Source of the DNA: an uncultured virus (IMG/VR IMGVR_UViG_3300029309_000002)
Taxonomy: Duplodnaviria > Heunggongvirae > Uroviricota > Caudoviricetes
Length of the DNA stretch: 54,714 bases
IMG/VR virus record: IMGVR_UViG_3300029309_000002
Strand: one strand, 5' to 3'
Shown here: in pieces, positions 53,414 through 54,714 of the stretch
Position numbering within the stretch: the first letter of the stretch is position 1
Layout: the number at the start of each line of letters is the position of its first letter
Notes under the pieces: model-generated
Told to the model about the DNA's origin: nothing
What the model saw: only the letters and a program-made list of their open reading frames with translations
The model's database searches: none
Translations under genes and position numbers: made by a program

Positions 53414-54714
53414 TTAGTCTAATAACCCTAAAGAGTTTAAAGCATCTATTTCTACTCCAGATAAGTCTTTTCCTGATTCATATTTTTCAATAATAGTTTT
53501 AATTCTATTATGTTTTCTTTTTTTTCTTAATTCTAAAGTTGTTACATCTACTATTTCATTTGTTGTATCATCATAATATACTCTACCTTCTACATCCGGA
53601 TCACCTGAATATTGAATATAAGGAAGCTTTCTTTTATTATCAAACATCTTTTCTAAAGTAAATTCATCAGCTGTTACAACTCCTCCCATTTTAAATTCAG
53701 GTGTAAATATTTCTGTCTTTGTCATTTCTATAATAAGATCAGCCGGATTAGATATAACAAACTTACCATCCTTAAAAGGAGATCTTTCATATCTATATAC
53801 TTCACCACCCATCATTGCCATATTATTTGAAGAAGTATTTTGTACTACATCACCTATATTTTTTTTCTGAGTATTAGTATCTACTATTGTATCAACAGCG
53901 TCTTGTACTCCAGATTTAATACCTGATTTAGCACCATATTTTGCTGCTGTATTAATACCAGTTTTTACTACTGCTTCTCCTGCTGTCTTAGCTGCACCTT
54001 TAACTAACTTTGCACCAGGTATCATACCTAATGCAAAACCTGTAGTTCCTTTAGCAAATTCTTTTTTTGCTGTATCAATGTCACCTTGTGCATATGCCAT
54101 AGCTGCATCACCATAATCAATACCAGTACTAACCACATTAGCAGCTTGAGATATGCCAGGAATACCTGATGCTGCAACTACATCTGCACCTTTCTGAATA
54201 GCATCTTTATTTTCCATATAGGTATCTGTAGTGCTCTTTCCTCTAAAGTCTGGTATTAAACCTTGCTCTCCTTTAAAATAACCTTTAAGATCAAACATAG
54301 GTTTTTTCTCTTCTCCACCTTCTTGTTTAAATCTTTTGTATGGTTTATCTAAAATATTAAAAATTGTTCCTTGATACTCATCAAACTTAAACGGTTCTCC
54401 TTGTTTTAGCATAGGATTATTTCTAAGTCTAGTATATAGATCTAACGTACCAGCATTAGGGTTTGTCCAATTTTGTATATTTGTAATTGTTTTTGCGTCA
54501 GGTATAACTAGCTCATTAAATCCTTTATTTTTTAAAAAATTAAGACTTTCATTCTGTAAAGTTGTATAAGGACTTTTCATTATTCTACTTGCCTGTAAAG
54601 GATTTGTAATAGATTTAAATCTTTCAGTAACTTGGTTTATATTCCCTTCTCCAATTTTTTTATTTAATTCACGTATCCTATTTTGAATAAAAGATATTTC
54701 ATTTTCAAGTGTAG
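53414..54714 (-). CDS. Putative internal virion protein, 5'-truncated by the window edge
   Basis: The frame of ORF 53414..54580 stays open to the end of the window; contains KQEGG, AMMGG, FKMGG and a PT-TG-like Ala/Gly segment. Confidence 0.75.
   Translation of the reverse strand, partial: TLENEISFIQNRIRELNKKIGEGNINQVTERFKSITNPLQASRIMKSPYTTLQNESLNFLKNKGFNELVIPDAKTITNIQNWTNPNAGTLDLYTRLRNNPMLKQGEPFKFDEYQGTIFNILDKPYKRFKQEGGEEKKPMFDLKGYFKGEQGLIPDFRGKSTTDTYMENKDAIQKGADVVAASGIPGISQAANVVSTGIDYGDAAMAYAQGDIDTAKKEFAKGTTGFALGMIPGAKLVKGAAKTAGEAVVKTGINTAAKYGAKSGIKSGVQDAVDTIVDTNTQKKNIGDVVQNTSSNNMAMMGGEVYRYERSPFKDGKFVISNPADLIIEMTKTEIFTPEFKMGGVVTADEFTLEKMFDNKRKLPYIQYSGDPDVEGRVYYDDTTNEIVDVTTLELRKKRKHNRIKTIIEKYESGKDLSGVEIDALNSLGLLD

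Noticed and set aside
1..54714. Stop-codon reassignment (TAG/TGA), as in some crAss-like phages
   Set aside because: Very long ORFs are intact and tile the window under the standard code; no suppressor tRNA seen.
1..54714. Prophage or bacterial chromosome origin, suggested by the T9SS and OMP-like genes
   Set aside because: No integrase, att site or housekeeping genes; the envelope genes are interleaved with and co-oriented to phage-type genes with tight spacing.
10140..54714. Major capsid, portal or terminase genes
   Set aside because: No recognisable motifs; these probably lie outside the window, so the taxonomic placement rests on the vRNAP and PolB.

Overview
AT-rich, gene-dense fragment of a large lytic dsDNA phage genome. 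It is most likely a Crassvirales-related (phi14:2/crAss-like) phage of an aquatic Bacteroidota (Flavobacteriia) host. The + strand (1-10157) carries a replication/repair block: PD-(D/E)XK nuclease, family-B DNA polymerase ending in a QLDLF clamp motif, DUF932, DUF3310-like protein, tRNA-Arg(UCU), uracil-DNA glycosylase and a spore-photoproduct-lyase-like radical SAM protein. The - strand (10140-54714) carries a late/virion block, interrupted by one + strand class II ribonucleotide reductase (nrdJ). The late block includes several large internal-virion-type proteins, among them a 5171-aa polyprotein with a crAss-type virion RNA polymerase active site (GVRIPSQ...GADFDIDK), an HExxH zincin motif and a NADAR-like segment. 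It also holds many tiny Lys/Arg-rich proteins, holin-like genes and a thermonuclease. The most unusual element is an apparent phage-encoded host-envelope cassette (14551-19719): a Cys-repeat protein with a T9SS C-terminal sorting domain, a putative outer-membrane beta-barrel and an exported CxxC-less thioredoxin-fold protein. All three have signal peptides followed by Gln, consistent with the Bacteroidota Q-rule. A repeated putative late-promoter motif and a shared xxGG peptide motif in candidate packaged proteins are also visible. All family assignments come from motif recognition by eye; no searches were run.
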